64,000 nt of DNA from Dehalococcoidia bacterium (GTDB taxonomy: Bacteria; Chloroflexota; Dehalococcoidia; UBA2979). The stretch spans positions 352,001-416,000 of the forward strand of contig OZ244720.1 of NCBI GenBank assembly GCA_965219085.1. Reading direction: 5' to 3'. The position numbers and the translations under genes are program-made. Shown in pieces: positions 30,923 to 40,265 of the stretch (within the stretch, counting starts at the first letter, position 1; the number at the start of each line of letters is the position of its first letter). Under the pieces are notes generated by a model, which did not search any database, was not told the DNA's origin, and saw only the letters and a list, made by a program, of their open reading frames with translations.

Positions 30923-30992
30923 CGCAGCACACAGAAACGTAGCTGCGGCTCGTCGAGGTGGTCAGTCCAGCTCACTGAGGTCCGGCTCAGCG

Positions 30993-32171
30993 CTACTCGG
31001 AGCCCCCGGGGCCGGTGTCCTCGCCCGGCTTGCGCGTCGGCGCGAGGTAGCGCAGGGCGATCACGCCGACGAACGCGCCGATGAGCAGCGCGACCACGAC
31101 GATCGTGCCGAGCACCATGGTCAGCACGCGCTGGATGCCGACGTCCGTGCCGCCTCCGCCGACCCAGATGCCGACCGCGATCGCGAGCGCGATCGCCGCG
31201 CCCGCTCCCAGCACGCCTCCGGTGGGGATGAAGATCTCCAGCACGATGAGCGCTGCCGCCAACCCGACGAGCGCGAGCGCCGCCTCGCCCGGCAGCAGCG
31301 TGCCGAGCCCGAGGAACGCGAGCAGCAGCGCGATCGCCCCGGCGGTACCGGGCAAGAACGACCCCGGTGCGAAGAACAGCTCCGTGCCGATCCCGATGAG
31401 CCCGATGACAAGCAGCAACGACACGATCAGCGGGTCGCTGACGATCGCCAGCACGCGCTCGTAGGGGTTGAACGCGTTCTCGACGCGCGGCGCGGTCGTG
31501 AGCTGTAACTCCACGGTGCGCCCGCCGATCAGCTCCACCTCCCACCCCTCGATGGCCTCGAGGAGGTTGGCCTCGGTAGCGGCGACGAGGTCGACGACGT
31601 TGAGTTCGACGGCCTCGTCGGGCGTCGCGGAGCGCGCCGTGCGGACGGCGTCCTCGGCCCAATCGGCGTTGCGGCCATGGAACTCGGCGACGCCCCGCGC
31701 GAACGCGACGGCGTCATTGGTGACCTTGCGTCCGAGCGCACCCTCGACATCCTCGCCGGTGGCGGCGATGGGCGTGGCCGCGCCGATCGTGGTGCTGGGC
31801 GCCATCGCGGCGACGTGGCCGGCCATCGCGACGAACGTGCCGGCCGAGACCGCCTGCGCACCCGCCGGCCCGACGTAGGTGATGACGGGCGTATCGGCGT
31901 TCTCGATGCGCCCCACGATCGCCTTCATCGCCCCGATCTCCCCGCCCGGCGTGTCGATGCGCAGCAGCACGGCGCGTGCGTTGGTCTCCTCGGCGTGGTC
32001 GAGTGCGCGGTCGATGTAGCGCTCGAGGACGAAGTTGACCTGCCGGTCGATGGTGACGACGTGGAGCGCCCCGGTAGTGTCAGCGGGCGCGCAGGCGGCG
32101 GCGAGCGCGGCGAGGACGAGCAGCGGGGCGGACAGGAGTGCGAGTGAGCGCCGCGGAACCGAGCGAGCCAT
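30993..32171 (-). CDS. NfeD-like membrane-bound ClpP-class serine protease
   Basis: IDTPGG, AVSAGTF, AAMAPSTTIGAATPI followed by TM helices; no C-terminal OB domain apparent. Confidence 0.88.
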   Translation of the reverse strand: MARSVPRRSLALLSAPLLVLAALAAACAPADTTGALHVVTIDRQVNFVLERYIDRALDHAEETNARAVLLRIDTPGGEIGAMKAIVGRIENADTPVITYVGPAGAQAVSAGTFVAMAGHVAAMAPSTTIGAATPIAATGEDVEGALGRKVTNDAVAFARGVAEFHGRNADWAEDAVRTARSATPDEAVELNVVDLVAATEANLLEAIEGWEVELIGGRTVELQLTTAPRVENAFNPYERVLAIVSDPLIVSLLLVIGLIGIGTELFFAPGSFLPGTAGAIALLLAFLGLGTLLPGEAALALVGLAAALIVLEIFIPTGGVLGAGAAIALAIAVGIWVGGGGTDVGIQRVLTMVLGTIVVVALLIGAFVGVIALRYLAPTRKPGEDTGPGGSE

Positions 32172-32274
32172 CGGAGCCTCCGTGGCGGCGTCGACCGCCG
32201 CTACCACGATAACCCGGACGCGCCGGCGTCAGAGTTCGCGCGCGATATCCGTCACGGCCGAGGGCGCGGGTTCT

Positions 32275-32322
32275 ACAACAAAATACCCGCCAGTGCGGTT
32301 CCCGAAAGAACCGGACGGCGGG
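32275..32322 (-). terminator. Intrinsic terminator after ktr operon
   Basis: CCCGCC..CGGTTC-TTTCGG-GAACCG..GGCGGG followed by TATTTTGTTGT on the minus strand. Confidence 0.55.
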
Positions 32323-32386
32323 GAACATTGGGGCTCTCGCCCGCCGCGAGTGTCGCACGCGGCGGCCCATAGTCAAGCGCCACCCG

Positions 32387-33019
32387 TCAGAGTTCGCGTG
32401 CGAGATCCTCGTCGCGGCCGGCGAAGACCAGGGCGTCGCCGGGCCCGATCACGCGGTCGCGGACAGGGTTCAGCTCGATCCGGCCGTCGCGCACGACGAT
32501 CAGCAGCCGCCGCGTCGTGTCGCCCTCATCGAGGGCGCTCACGGTCTGCCCGTGCAGGTGCGGCGGCGCCGGGTAGACGCCGATGCCGTAGTCCGCGCTG
32601 AGCGAGAGGTAGTCGCGCGCGCCGATCACGCGCAGCAGGTGGGCGAAGCGCTCGCCGCCCTCCTGCTCCGGCTGCACCACGCGGCTGACGCCGATGCGTT
32701 CGAGGATCGAGGCGTGGAGGTCTGTAGAGGCCTTGGCGTAGACCGCCTCGACACCCAGCGCCTGCACGTTCATCGCCGCGAGCACGCTCGCTTCGAGCAC
32801 GCCCGTGGCGACGACGGCCGCGTCCATGCCGCCGACGCCGAGGTCACGCAGGGCCAGCTCGTCGGTGATGTCGGCGACGGCCGCCTTCGTGCAGTGCGGC
32901 GCTGTCCGCTGCACGCGGCCCTCGTTGCTGTCGACCGCGAGCACCTCGTGGTCGAGGTTGCCGAGTTCGCGGACGAGCTGCGAGCCGAAGCGGCCCAGCC
33001 CGAGCACGGCGATCTGCAT
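32387..33019 (-). CDS. ktrA: K+ uptake RCK subunit (KtrA/TrkA family)
   Basis: MQIAVLGLGRFG nucleotide-binding motif, VVQPE, RCK_C domain. Confidence 0.9.
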   Translation of the reverse strand: MQIAVLGLGRFGSQLVRELGNLDHEVLAVDSNEGRVQRTAPHCTKAAVADITDELALRDLGVGGMDAAVVATGVLEASVLAAMNVQALGVEAVYAKASTDLHASILERIGVSRVVQPEQEGGERFAHLLRVIGARDYLSLSADYGIGVYPAPPHLHGQTVSALDEGDTTRRLLIVVRDGRIELNPVRDRVIGPGDALVFAGRDEDLAREL

Positions 33020-33045
33020 GGTGCGCTCCTCTCGCTGCGGCCCGG

Positions 33046-34449
33046 CTACCCGATCCGCACCTGCCCGTGCGCGTAACGGTAGCGCTCCTGCGGGCGGTCG
33101 GGGATCGAGAACGCCACGATCATCGGCCCGAGACGCCCGATGAACATCAGGATGGTCGCAAGAACCACGCTCGGGGTAGACAGATCCGGGGTGATGCCGA
33201 GCGTCCAGCCGATGTTGGCGAGAGCAGACATGGTCTCGAATAGCACGGGCAGCAGCGGCCGGTCCTCGAGCAGCAGCATCACCCACACGCCGAGGCCGAG
33301 GAAGAGCACGCCCAACGACGTGACCGCGACCGCGCGCAGCACGATCGCCTGCGGGATCTCGCGGCCGAACGCCTGGGCGCTGTGACGTCCTCGCAGCGCG
33401 GAGATCATGGCGAGGATGGTGATCATGAAGGAGCCGACCTTGATCCCGCTCGCGCTGGACGTCGAGGCGCCGCCGATGAACATCATCGGCAGGAGCAACG
33501 TGATGCTCGACACGTGCAGCGTCCCAATGTCCACGGTGGTCATGCCGGTGGTCCGATTGGCGGCCATGAAGAACACGTTCGCGAACGCGTGGACCGGGGT
33601 GAGCTCGCTGATCGGGTCGTGCTCGATCCACTCGGAGACCGCGAACATCAGCATCCCGACCACCTGTAGCGACACCATCCCGATCACGACGAGCCGCGTG
33701 TCGAGCGCCCAGCGCCGCGGGCGGCTACGCAGGTTCAAGACGGTGACGAACGAGAGCGCGCCGATGAACGTCGAGACGCCCATCACGACGATCGGATAAG
33801 GCTCGTCGATCTGCCCGGTGAAGCTGCGCGTCCCGCCCATGAGGTCAAAACCGGCGCAGTTGGCCGCGGAGAGCGCGTGGAAGAAGGCGTGCCACACCGC
33901 GGTCGCCGGGTCCGACTTCGTGAGCGACCACGGGAGCAGCAGCAGGAACGTCGTGACCTCGAGCGTGAGCATGAACAGTGCGGCGCGGCGCATCAGGCGT
34001 CGCACGTCGCGATCGCCGTCGCCGATCAGCTCGATGCCGAAGAAGTCGCGGCCGCCCAGGCCGAACTGGCCGCCGACGAGCAGGATGAGCATGCCGGCGT
34101 AGATGGTCACGCCAAGACCACCGAGCTGGATCAGGGCGAGGATCACGGCCTCGCCGAAGAGGCTGAAGTGCTCGGCCGTGTCGAAGCGGACGAGCCCGGT
34201 GACGCACAGCGCGGATGTCGAGGTGAAGAGCGCATCCCAGCCGTTGGTCCACTCGCGCGACTCGGACGCGATGGGCAGCGCGAGCAGCAGCGCGCCGACG
34301 GCGATCAGCAGCGCGAACGCCCCCGGCACCATCCACGGCCGCGGGCGGAAGCGGCGGCGGCGGGTGAGCGAGACGCGCACCGTCTCCGGGCGCTGGCGGC
34401 GACGCCGAACGACGACGTTGCCGGGGAGCCGCTGACCGAGTCGTTGCAT
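33046..34449 (-). CDS. ktrB: K+ uptake membrane subunit (KtrB/TrkH family)
   Basis: ALFTSTSALCVTGL, LIQLGGLG, MFIGG..GIKV, LFETMSA, MFIGRLGP. Confidence 0.92.
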   Translation of the reverse strand: MQRLGQRLPGNVVVRRRRQRPETVRVSLTRRRRFRPRPWMVPGAFALLIAVGALLLALPIASESREWTNGWDALFTSTSALCVTGLVRFDTAEHFSLFGEAVILALIQLGGLGVTIYAGMLILLVGGQFGLGGRDFFGIELIGDGDRDVRRLMRRAALFMLTLEVTTFLLLLPWSLTKSDPATAVWHAFFHALSAANCAGFDLMGGTRSFTGQIDEPYPIVVMGVSTFIGALSFVTVLNLRSRPRRWALDTRLVVIGMVSLQVVGMLMFAVSEWIEHDPISELTPVHAFANVFFMAANRTTGMTTVDIGTLHVSSITLLLPMMFIGGASTSSASGIKVGSFMITILAMISALRGRHSAQAFGREIPQAIVLRAVAVTSLGVLFLGLGVWVMLLLEDRPLLPVLFETMSALANIGWTLGITPDLSTPSVVLATILMFIGRLGPMIVAFSIPDRPQERYRYAHGQVRIG

Positions 34450-34573
34450 CCCAGCCTCGCGTAGACCCGCCGTAAGACAGCCTACGCCCGCGCCGGACCG
34501 CGCGCAGCACGTATCCCCGCTCCAGGCGGCGCCACGGACGACGTCGTGTGAGCGGCAGCCCGGCGGGCTCGAA

Positions 34574-34753
34574 CTACTGCACGGTCACCGTCGTCGCTGC
34601 CACCGGCTTGCCGTTGCGCGCGTAGCCCTGGTGGGTGTTCGCGTTGAGCGTCACGCGCACCTCGTGCTCCCCGGGCGTGAGCCCGCCGAGGAAGAACCAC
34701 GGGCCGTAGACGCGGCCGATCTTCGCGCCGTCGACGTAGATGTGGGCGTGACC
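34574..34753 (-). pseudogene. C-terminal fragment of a His-motif beta-sandwich protein
   Basis: GHAHIYVDGAKIGRVYGPWFFLGGLTPGEHEVRVTLNANTH; no start codon, lies in frame directly after the TAG of 34754..35008. Confidence 0.65.
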
Positions 34754-35008
34754 CTAGATGAGGCGTACCAGGACGGCCGCAGCGCCGAGGGCAACGCTCA
34801 TCCCAACACTGGCGAGAGCAAGCGCGTACCCGAAGAACCAGCGGAAGTTGTGGATGTCGCGCTCGACGGAACTGAGCCGCTGCTCGACATTCCGCAGCCG
34901 TCCGTCCATCGCGTCGAGCCGTGCGTCGAGACGCGACTCGACACCTGCGAGTTGGGTCTGCAGCGTCTGGATGGAGGCCTGGAGTATCTCGAACTGCGAG
35001 TCGGTCAC
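34754..35008 (-). CDS. Small coiled-coil protein with C-terminal TM helix
   Basis: Heptad repeats then a hydrophobic tail; AGGAG RBS. Confidence 0.7.
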   Translation of the reverse strand: MTDSQFEILQASIQTLQTQLAGVESRLDARLDAMDGRLRNVEQRLSSVERDIHNFRWFFGYALALASVGMSVALGAAAVLVRLI

Positions 35009-35192
35009 ATGGTCTCCTGGCTACTGCGTCCCGGGGCGAGCGCCATGCGCATTCAGCAGCGACGAGTGGTGGGGTAGACCGGTTGCGCGACAATCATACG
35101 CCCTCGGAGAGCGCGCAGCGCATCAAATATTGGATATCACAAAGGTGTGCCAACAGCTCTCGTATACTCGGAGGGACGCGGGGAGGACCGGC

Positions 35193-36017
35193 ATGTTCAG
35201 GACGATCGGACACACCTTCGAGTTGATGAAGATGAGCTGGCGCGTGCTCATGCTGGACCGCGAGCTGATCCTGTTCCCGATCATGTCGGGCATCGCGCTG
35301 CTGGTGCTCGTGGGGGCGATGCTCGGGATCGGCGGGGCGACGGGAACCCTCGACCGCGTCAGCGAGGGGTCGTCCGAGTCGGTCGGGGCCGTCGACGCCA
35401 TCCTCGGGGCGGGGTTCGTCTTCGTCTCCTCGGCGATCGTGATCTTCTTCAACGCGGCGCTCATCGCCGCCGCCCTGGAACGGCTGCGGGGCGGCGACCC
35501 GAACATCGGCTCGGGCCTGCGGGCCGCGAGCGCGCGCCTGCCGCAGATCCTCGCGTGGGCGCTGATCACGGTGATCGTCTCGCTGATCCTGCAGGCGCTG
35601 CGCGAGCGCGGCGGTATCGCCGGGAGCATCGCGTCGATGATCGGCGGCGTGGCGTGGGGCCTCGCGACGTTCTTCGTGATCCCCGTGCTGGTGTCCGAGG
35701 GCGTCGGGCCGATCGAGGGGATCAAGCGCTCGGCCGGGCTGCTGGGGCAGACGTGGGGACGCCAGGTGACGGCCAACTTCGGCTTCATGATCGTGGGGCT
35801 GCTCGGGGTCCTCGTGGCGATCGTGCCGGCAGCGCTGCTCTTCTTCGTGCACCCGCTGCTCGGCATCGCCGTCGGCGTGCCGCTGGTGGCGCTGGCGATC
35901 GGCACCGTGCAGGCGCTCGAGGGCATCTTCAAGGCCGCGCTCTACGACTACGCGCGCGGCGAGCAGCCCCACGGCTTCGACCGCGACACTCTGGCGGGCG
36001 CCTACCGCTCGATGTAG
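35193..36017 (+). CDS. Conserved membrane protein (DUF6159-like)
   Basis: SWRVL..DRELILFP, W.LATFFVIPVLV.E..GP..IKRS..TWG; GGAGG RBS. Confidence 0.8.
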   Translation: MFRTIGHTFELMKMSWRVLMLDRELILFPIMSGIALLVLVGAMLGIGGATGTLDRVSEGSSESVGAVDAILGAGFVFVSSAIVIFFNAALIAAALERLRGGDPNIGSGLRAASARLPQILAWALITVIVSLILQALRERGGIAGSIASMIGGVAWGLATFFVIPVLVSEGVGPIEGIKRSAGLLGQTWGRQVTANFGFMIVGLLGVLVAIVPAALLFFVHPLLGIAVGVPLVALAIGTVQALEGIFKAALYDYARGEQPHGFDRDTLAGAYRSM

Positions 36018-36053
36018 CCCTCGACGCGCCTCGTGGCGCCCGTCAGTCGGGCG

Positions 36054-36533
36054 TCAGCTGCCCGGGATCAGGTCGCGCGTGAGTTCGGCGTGCCCGAGGT
36101 GGGTCGCGACGTGGGTGGCGGTGGCGATCAGCAGTTGCCGCCCGCTCTCCGGCCCGCGTATCGGGTGCTCGTGGTTCGCGAGCAGCGCGGTCGCCGGGAG
36201 ACGCGAGAGCGACGCCGGGATGCGCTCGCGCAGCGATGCCCAGCGTGCCTCGAGCGCCTCGGAGGTCGGCCCCGACGACGCGAACTCCGCCTCGCGGTCA
36301 CGCTCGCCGGGCTCGCCGCACAGCATGAACAGCGTCGCCTGCTCCGCAACGCCGAGGGCGTGCGAGGCGAGGATGTAGAGGCTGTTGGCGCCCTCGGCGG
36401 CGTGGGGGCCGGTCGTCGGTCGCCAGTTGAGCCGGTCGCCGTCGAGGCCGCTCGTGAGGCCCACGAGCTGGTCGAGCGCGCTTTGCAGCTGCCCCCAGGC
36501 GGTCTCGATCTCGTCGCTGGCGAAGTCCGGCAT
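36054..36533 (-). CDS. DinB/DUF664-like four-helix protein
   Basis: LNWRP..NSLYILASH..HVATHLGHAELTRD. Confidence 0.8.
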   Translation of the reverse strand: MPDFASDEIETAWGQLQSALDQLVGLTSGLDGDRLNWRPTTGPHAAEGANSLYILASHALGVAEQATLFMLCGEPGERDREAEFASSGPTSEALEARWASLRERIPASLSRLPATALLANHEHPIRGPESGRQLLIATATHVATHLGHAELTRDLIPGS

Positions 36534-36545
36534 GGTCGATTCCTT

Positions 36546-36648
36546 ACGCGGGGATGCGCCGCTGCCTGGCCTCTACGCGGGGATACCCCGCTGTCCTCCT
36601 CTACGCGGGGATACCCCGCCGGCTTTCCTCGACGCGGGGATACCCCGC
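36546..36648. repeat. Four tandem palindromic units (ACGCGGGGATACCCCGC), period 28-29 bp
   Basis: Copies at 36546 (degenerate), 36575, 36603, 36632. Confidence 0.85.
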
Positions 36649-36690
36649 TGGCTCCCTGTACGCCCCTCAGCAGTCTAGTAGCATGTCCCC

Positions 36691-36885
36691 ATGCCGATCG
36701 CGCGCTGTCAGTTCTGCACTGCCCAGCCTCTCGAAGAGGTCGCCGTCTCGCGGTGGCGCGACGATCCTGATGATCGCGAACGGCTCACCATCGAGCTGTG
36801 CCGGAAACACCTCCGCCGGCTGCGCAAAGCGCCGGCCGCCGGCTTCGCCCACCGGGGCCTGCGCTACAGCGCCGGGTTCTGGTAG
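36691..36885 (+). CDS. Small putative Zn-binding protein
   Basis: 64 aa with CQFC..CRKH; fills an intergenic gap. Confidence 0.5.
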   Translation: MPIARCQFCTAQPLEEVAVSRWRDDPDDRERLTIELCRKHLRRLRKAPAAGFAHRGLRYSAGFW

Positions 36886-37039
36886 CGCACCACTCGCACA
36901 ACCTCGATCGAGCCCGACCGAGCGGTGGGGCGCCCTTCCCCATCCTGCTCCCAGCTCGCTCACAGCCGTCCATACTGCACGTGGAATCCGCACGATTCGC
37001 GGCGCGCGGGCAGCGCGCGGGAAGGGATCGAGGTGGCGC

Positions 37040-38320
37040 ATGCCAGGACCACTCGCGGGAATCAAGGTCTTCGAGGTCTCGCAGATCTACGCGGGACCCT
37101 ACGCCGGCCAGACGCTCGCCGACCTCGGCGCGGACGTGGTGAAGTGCGAGCCTCCGGGCGGCGAGGCCGTCCGGCTCTGGGCCCAGTTCGCGCCAGGGGA
37201 GAGCAAGGACTTCCACACGCTCAATCGTGGCAAGCGCAGCCTCGTCCTGGATCTTGGGACCGAGGCGGGCCAGGCCGCCGTCCACCGGCTCATCCCGGAC
37301 TTCGACGTCTTCCTGATCAACGCTCGGCCCGGCGTGCCGCAGCGCCTGAACATCGACTACGACACGCTGATCCAGCACCGCCCGGACCTCATCTACGTCG
37401 AGAACAGCGGGTTCGGCGACCGCGGGCCGAGCGCGACGCGCTCCGGCTCGGACGTCATCGCGCAGGCCTACAGCGGGCTGATGGCAGCCGACGGCAAGAT
37501 CGACGAATACGGCGCGCCGGAGTTCATCACCGCGAGCGCGTTTGCCGACTACCACGCCGGACTCGGCGCGGCGCTGGGCGTCGTGGCTGCGATCTACCAT
37601 CGGACGCAGAGCGGCGAGGGCCAGCGCATCTCGAGTTCCCTGCTGTCCGCCAGTCTCAACCTCGCGAGCCCCTTCGTGAGCAAGGTGCCGGTGTTCGACG
37701 CGATGGTGACGGACGTGGTGATGGCCCGCGTCCAGGAGGCGCGCAGCCGGGGTGCGAGCTACCGCGAACAGCTCGCCGCCAAGGGCGACCTGTTCGAGAC
37801 GTTTGGTAAGGCAGCCCGGCTCTACTACGGCGGGTACAACGCGAAGGACGGCGCGGTCATCCTCGGCGCGCTCACGCCCGCCAACCAGGACCAGTTCCGG
37901 CGCGCCCTCGGCGTCGAGGACGACCCGACGGCCGCCGAGGACTTCAATGCGCTCGACCCAGAGAGCGACGCGGTTGCCGAGGAGATGCTGGAGCGCATCC
38001 GCAACATCATGCTGACGAAGACGGTGGACGAGTGGCTCGAGATCTTCGACGCCGTCGGTGCGCCGGCCTCGAGCGTCCACTTCGCCGAGGAGCTGGCGGA
38101 CGACCCGCAAGTGGAGGCGATGGGCTACATGCTGGACCTGGAGCACGAGTTGACGGGTCCGGAGCGCATGGTCGGTCCGATCGTCCAGATGTCGAAGACG
38201 CCGACAGGCACGGACAGAGCCTCACCGCCCCTCGGTCGTCACACCGAGGAGCTCCTACGCGAGCACGGCTACAGCGACACGGAGATCGCCGAGCTGCGAG
38301 CAGCAGGCGGAACCGACTAG
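37040..38320 (+). CDS. Family III CoA-transferase (CaiB/BaiF)
   Basis: AGPYAGQTLADLGADVVKCEPPGG, NRGKRSLVLDL, PPLGRHTEELL. Confidence 0.93.
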   Translation: MPGPLAGIKVFEVSQIYAGPYAGQTLADLGADVVKCEPPGGEAVRLWAQFAPGESKDFHTLNRGKRSLVLDLGTEAGQAAVHRLIPDFDVFLINARPGVPQRLNIDYDTLIQHRPDLIYVENSGFGDRGPSATRSGSDVIAQAYSGLMAADGKIDEYGAPEFITASAFADYHAGLGAALGVVAAIYHRTQSGEGQRISSSLLSASLNLASPFVSKVPVFDAMVTDVVMARVQEARSRGASYREQLAAKGDLFETFGKAARLYYGGYNAKDGAVILGALTPANQDQFRRALGVEDDPTAAEDFNALDPESDAVAEEMLERIRNIMLTKTVDEWLEIFDAVGAPASSVHFAEELADDPQVEAMGYMLDLEHELTGPERMVGPIVQMSKTPTGTDRASPPLGRHTEELLREHGYSDTEIAELRAAGGTD

Positions 38321-39198
38321 CGAGCGGCCGAGGGCTCGCGAGCGGCGTCGGCAGGCTCCTCGCCGGGCCCCTCGTCTGCCGCGACGCGGCCGAGCAGCAG
38401 GGCGAGCGGCGAACGGCCGACGCCGATCTCGCGGCGCTCGAAGGCGGCGAGGGCGAGCGCGGCGCAGGCCAGCGCTGCGACGAGCAGCACGGCCTGGTGC
38501 CACCACACGACGCCCTCGGTCAGCACGCGCTGGGCGTCGGCGTAGTGGTAGGGGGTCAGGAAGTGTAGCCAGTCGAGCGAGGTGACGAGGTCGGCAGTGA
38601 TGTTCAGCGCGTAGGCCACGAAGGCGCCGGCTGTCATCAGCGCCGCCGCCCGTCCGCGCGTCGGCGTGAGGGTGGCGGCGAGGACCGTCGCCGCGAGCGC
38701 GAACCACGTGAACGGCAGCAGCGAGAAGGGTGCGATCGCCAGCTCACCCGCGGTCACCGCGCCCTTGAGATCGACCCACGGGGCCGTGAGCAGGAAGCCG
38801 AGCCCGGCGAGCGCGAGGATCCCTACTACGGCGATCGCGACGCCGGCGAGCTTGCCGAGGAACAGCGCCCGACGCGTGAGCGGCTGCGAGAGCAGCAGCT
38901 CGAGGGTGCCCGCACCCTCCTCGCCAGCCAGCAGCGCGCCGCCGGCGATGATCGCAAAGACTGTCATGAGCACCGGTGACCACGTGAAGAACTCGACCTG
39001 GAAGAACTGGCGCGGGTCCGAGAGGTCCTGGATCTCCCCGAAGCCGATGTTCTCCATCTCGACGCCCTCGAACTGCGCGGCGATGGCGGGGTAGAGCAGC
39101 ACGAGCATCGCGGCCAGGCCCGCGAGGCCCAGGCCCCAGCCGACGACCTGCCAGCGCAGGTCGCGCAGCGTCTTGCGCACGATCGTGCGGTCAGGCAC
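38317..39198 (-). CDS. ABC-2 type permease
   Basis: AGEEGAGTLELLLSQPLTR motif, multiple TM helices. Confidence 0.9.
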   Translation of the reverse strand: MPDRTIVRKTLRDLRWQVVGWGLGLAGLAAMLVLLYPAIAAQFEGVEMENIGFGEIQDLSDPRQFFQVEFFTWSPVLMTVFAIIAGGALLAGEEGAGTLELLLSQPLTRRALFLGKLAGVAIAVVGILALAGLGFLLTAPWVDLKGAVTAGELAIAPFSLLPFTWFALAATVLAATLTPTRGRAAALMTAGAFVAYALNITADLVTSLDWLHFLTPYHYADAQRVLTEGVVWWHQAVLLVAALACAALALAAFERREIGVGRSPLALLLGRVAADEGPGEEPADAAREPSAAR

Positions 39199-40105
39199 GT
39201 GACACCGCCCCGGAAGGCTCCTCGTAGTACGACAGGAAGAGCTCCTCGAGCGTGACCTCGTGGGTTTCGAGGGTCTGCACGCGGTGCGTGGCGAGCGCCT
39301 GGATCAGCGCGTGCATCGCGTCGTGCGTCTCGAACACGGCGTCTCGGCCCTCCAGCGAGACGAGGCGCACGCCGGGCAGCCGCTCGAACGCCGAGGGCGG
39401 CGGGGCCTCCTCGAACGTCACGGACACGCAGCGCGGCGCGAGGCGGCGTTGCTCGGCGAGGTCGCTGACGGCGACGATGCGGCCCTCGCGCAGCATTGCC
39501 ACACGGCGCGCGAGCTGCTCCACCTCGGCGAGGACGTGCGACGAGAAGAAGACGGTGCGCCCCTCGGCGACCGCCTCGCGCAGGATCGCCTCGACCTCCT
39601 CCTGCACGAGCGGGTCGAGGGCGTTCGTCGGCTCGTCCAGCACGAGCACGTCGGGCTTCGCCATGAGCGCGATCACGAGGCCGGCCTTCTGGTAGTTGCC
39701 GCGCGACAGGTCGCCGACGCGGCGGTCGCGGTCGAGGCGCAGCCGATCGACGAGCTCCTCGCGGTAGCGCCGGTCGACGCCGCCGCGCAGCGATGCGACG
39801 AGGTCGAGGCAGGCGTCGACGGAGAGCGAGTCGTAGAGCGCGAGGTCGCCGGGGAGGTAGCCGCAGCGGCGGCGCACCTCGATCGAGTCGCGCTGGGCGT
39901 CGAGGCCGAGCACCTCGGCGCGGCCGGCGTTGGGGCGGATCAGGTCCATGAGGACGCGGATGGCGGTGGTCTTGCCAGCGCCGTTGGGGCCGAGGAAGCC
40001 GAACACCTCGCCGCGCGGCACGTCGAGGTCGATGCCGTCGAGGGCGCGCACGTCGCCGTACGACTTCACGAGGCCCTCGAAGCGGATTGCCGGTGTGTCG
40101 CTCAT
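39191..40105 (-). CDS. ABC transporter ATP-binding protein
   Basis: GPNGAGKTT, LSRGN, VLDEPT, SSH. Confidence 0.95.
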   Translation of the reverse strand: MSDTPAIRFEGLVKSYGDVRALDGIDLDVPRGEVFGFLGPNGAGKTTAIRVLMDLIRPNAGRAEVLGLDAQRDSIEVRRRCGYLPGDLALYDSLSVDACLDLVASLRGGVDRRYREELVDRLRLDRDRRVGDLSRGNYQKAGLVIALMAKPDVLVLDEPTNALDPLVQEEVEAILREAVAEGRTVFFSSHVLAEVEQLARRVAMLREGRIVAVSDLAEQRRLAPRCVSVTFEEAPPPSAFERLPGVRLVSLEGRDAVFETHDAMHALIQALATHRVQTLETHEVTLEELFLSYYEEPSGAVSRA

Positions 40106-40265
40106 CGCCGTCCCGCAGTCAGCACCCCGTACAGCGTAGCGGACGCAGCACACAGCGCCTCAATCACGTTCGCCTCTGACACGGCGTATCATCGATCTGC
40201 CGGCACACCTTGATCGACCCGGGCCCGGCACAGCTACCCCGCGGCAGATCGGGAAGGGGCACGCC

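Noticed and set aside
34450-34573. c-di-AMP riboswitch upstream of ktrB
   Set aside because: Expected from context, but the conserved ydaO motifs are not visible.
36546-36648. CRISPR array
   Set aside because: Linkers only ~11-12 bp and no cas genes; kept as a palindromic repeat.
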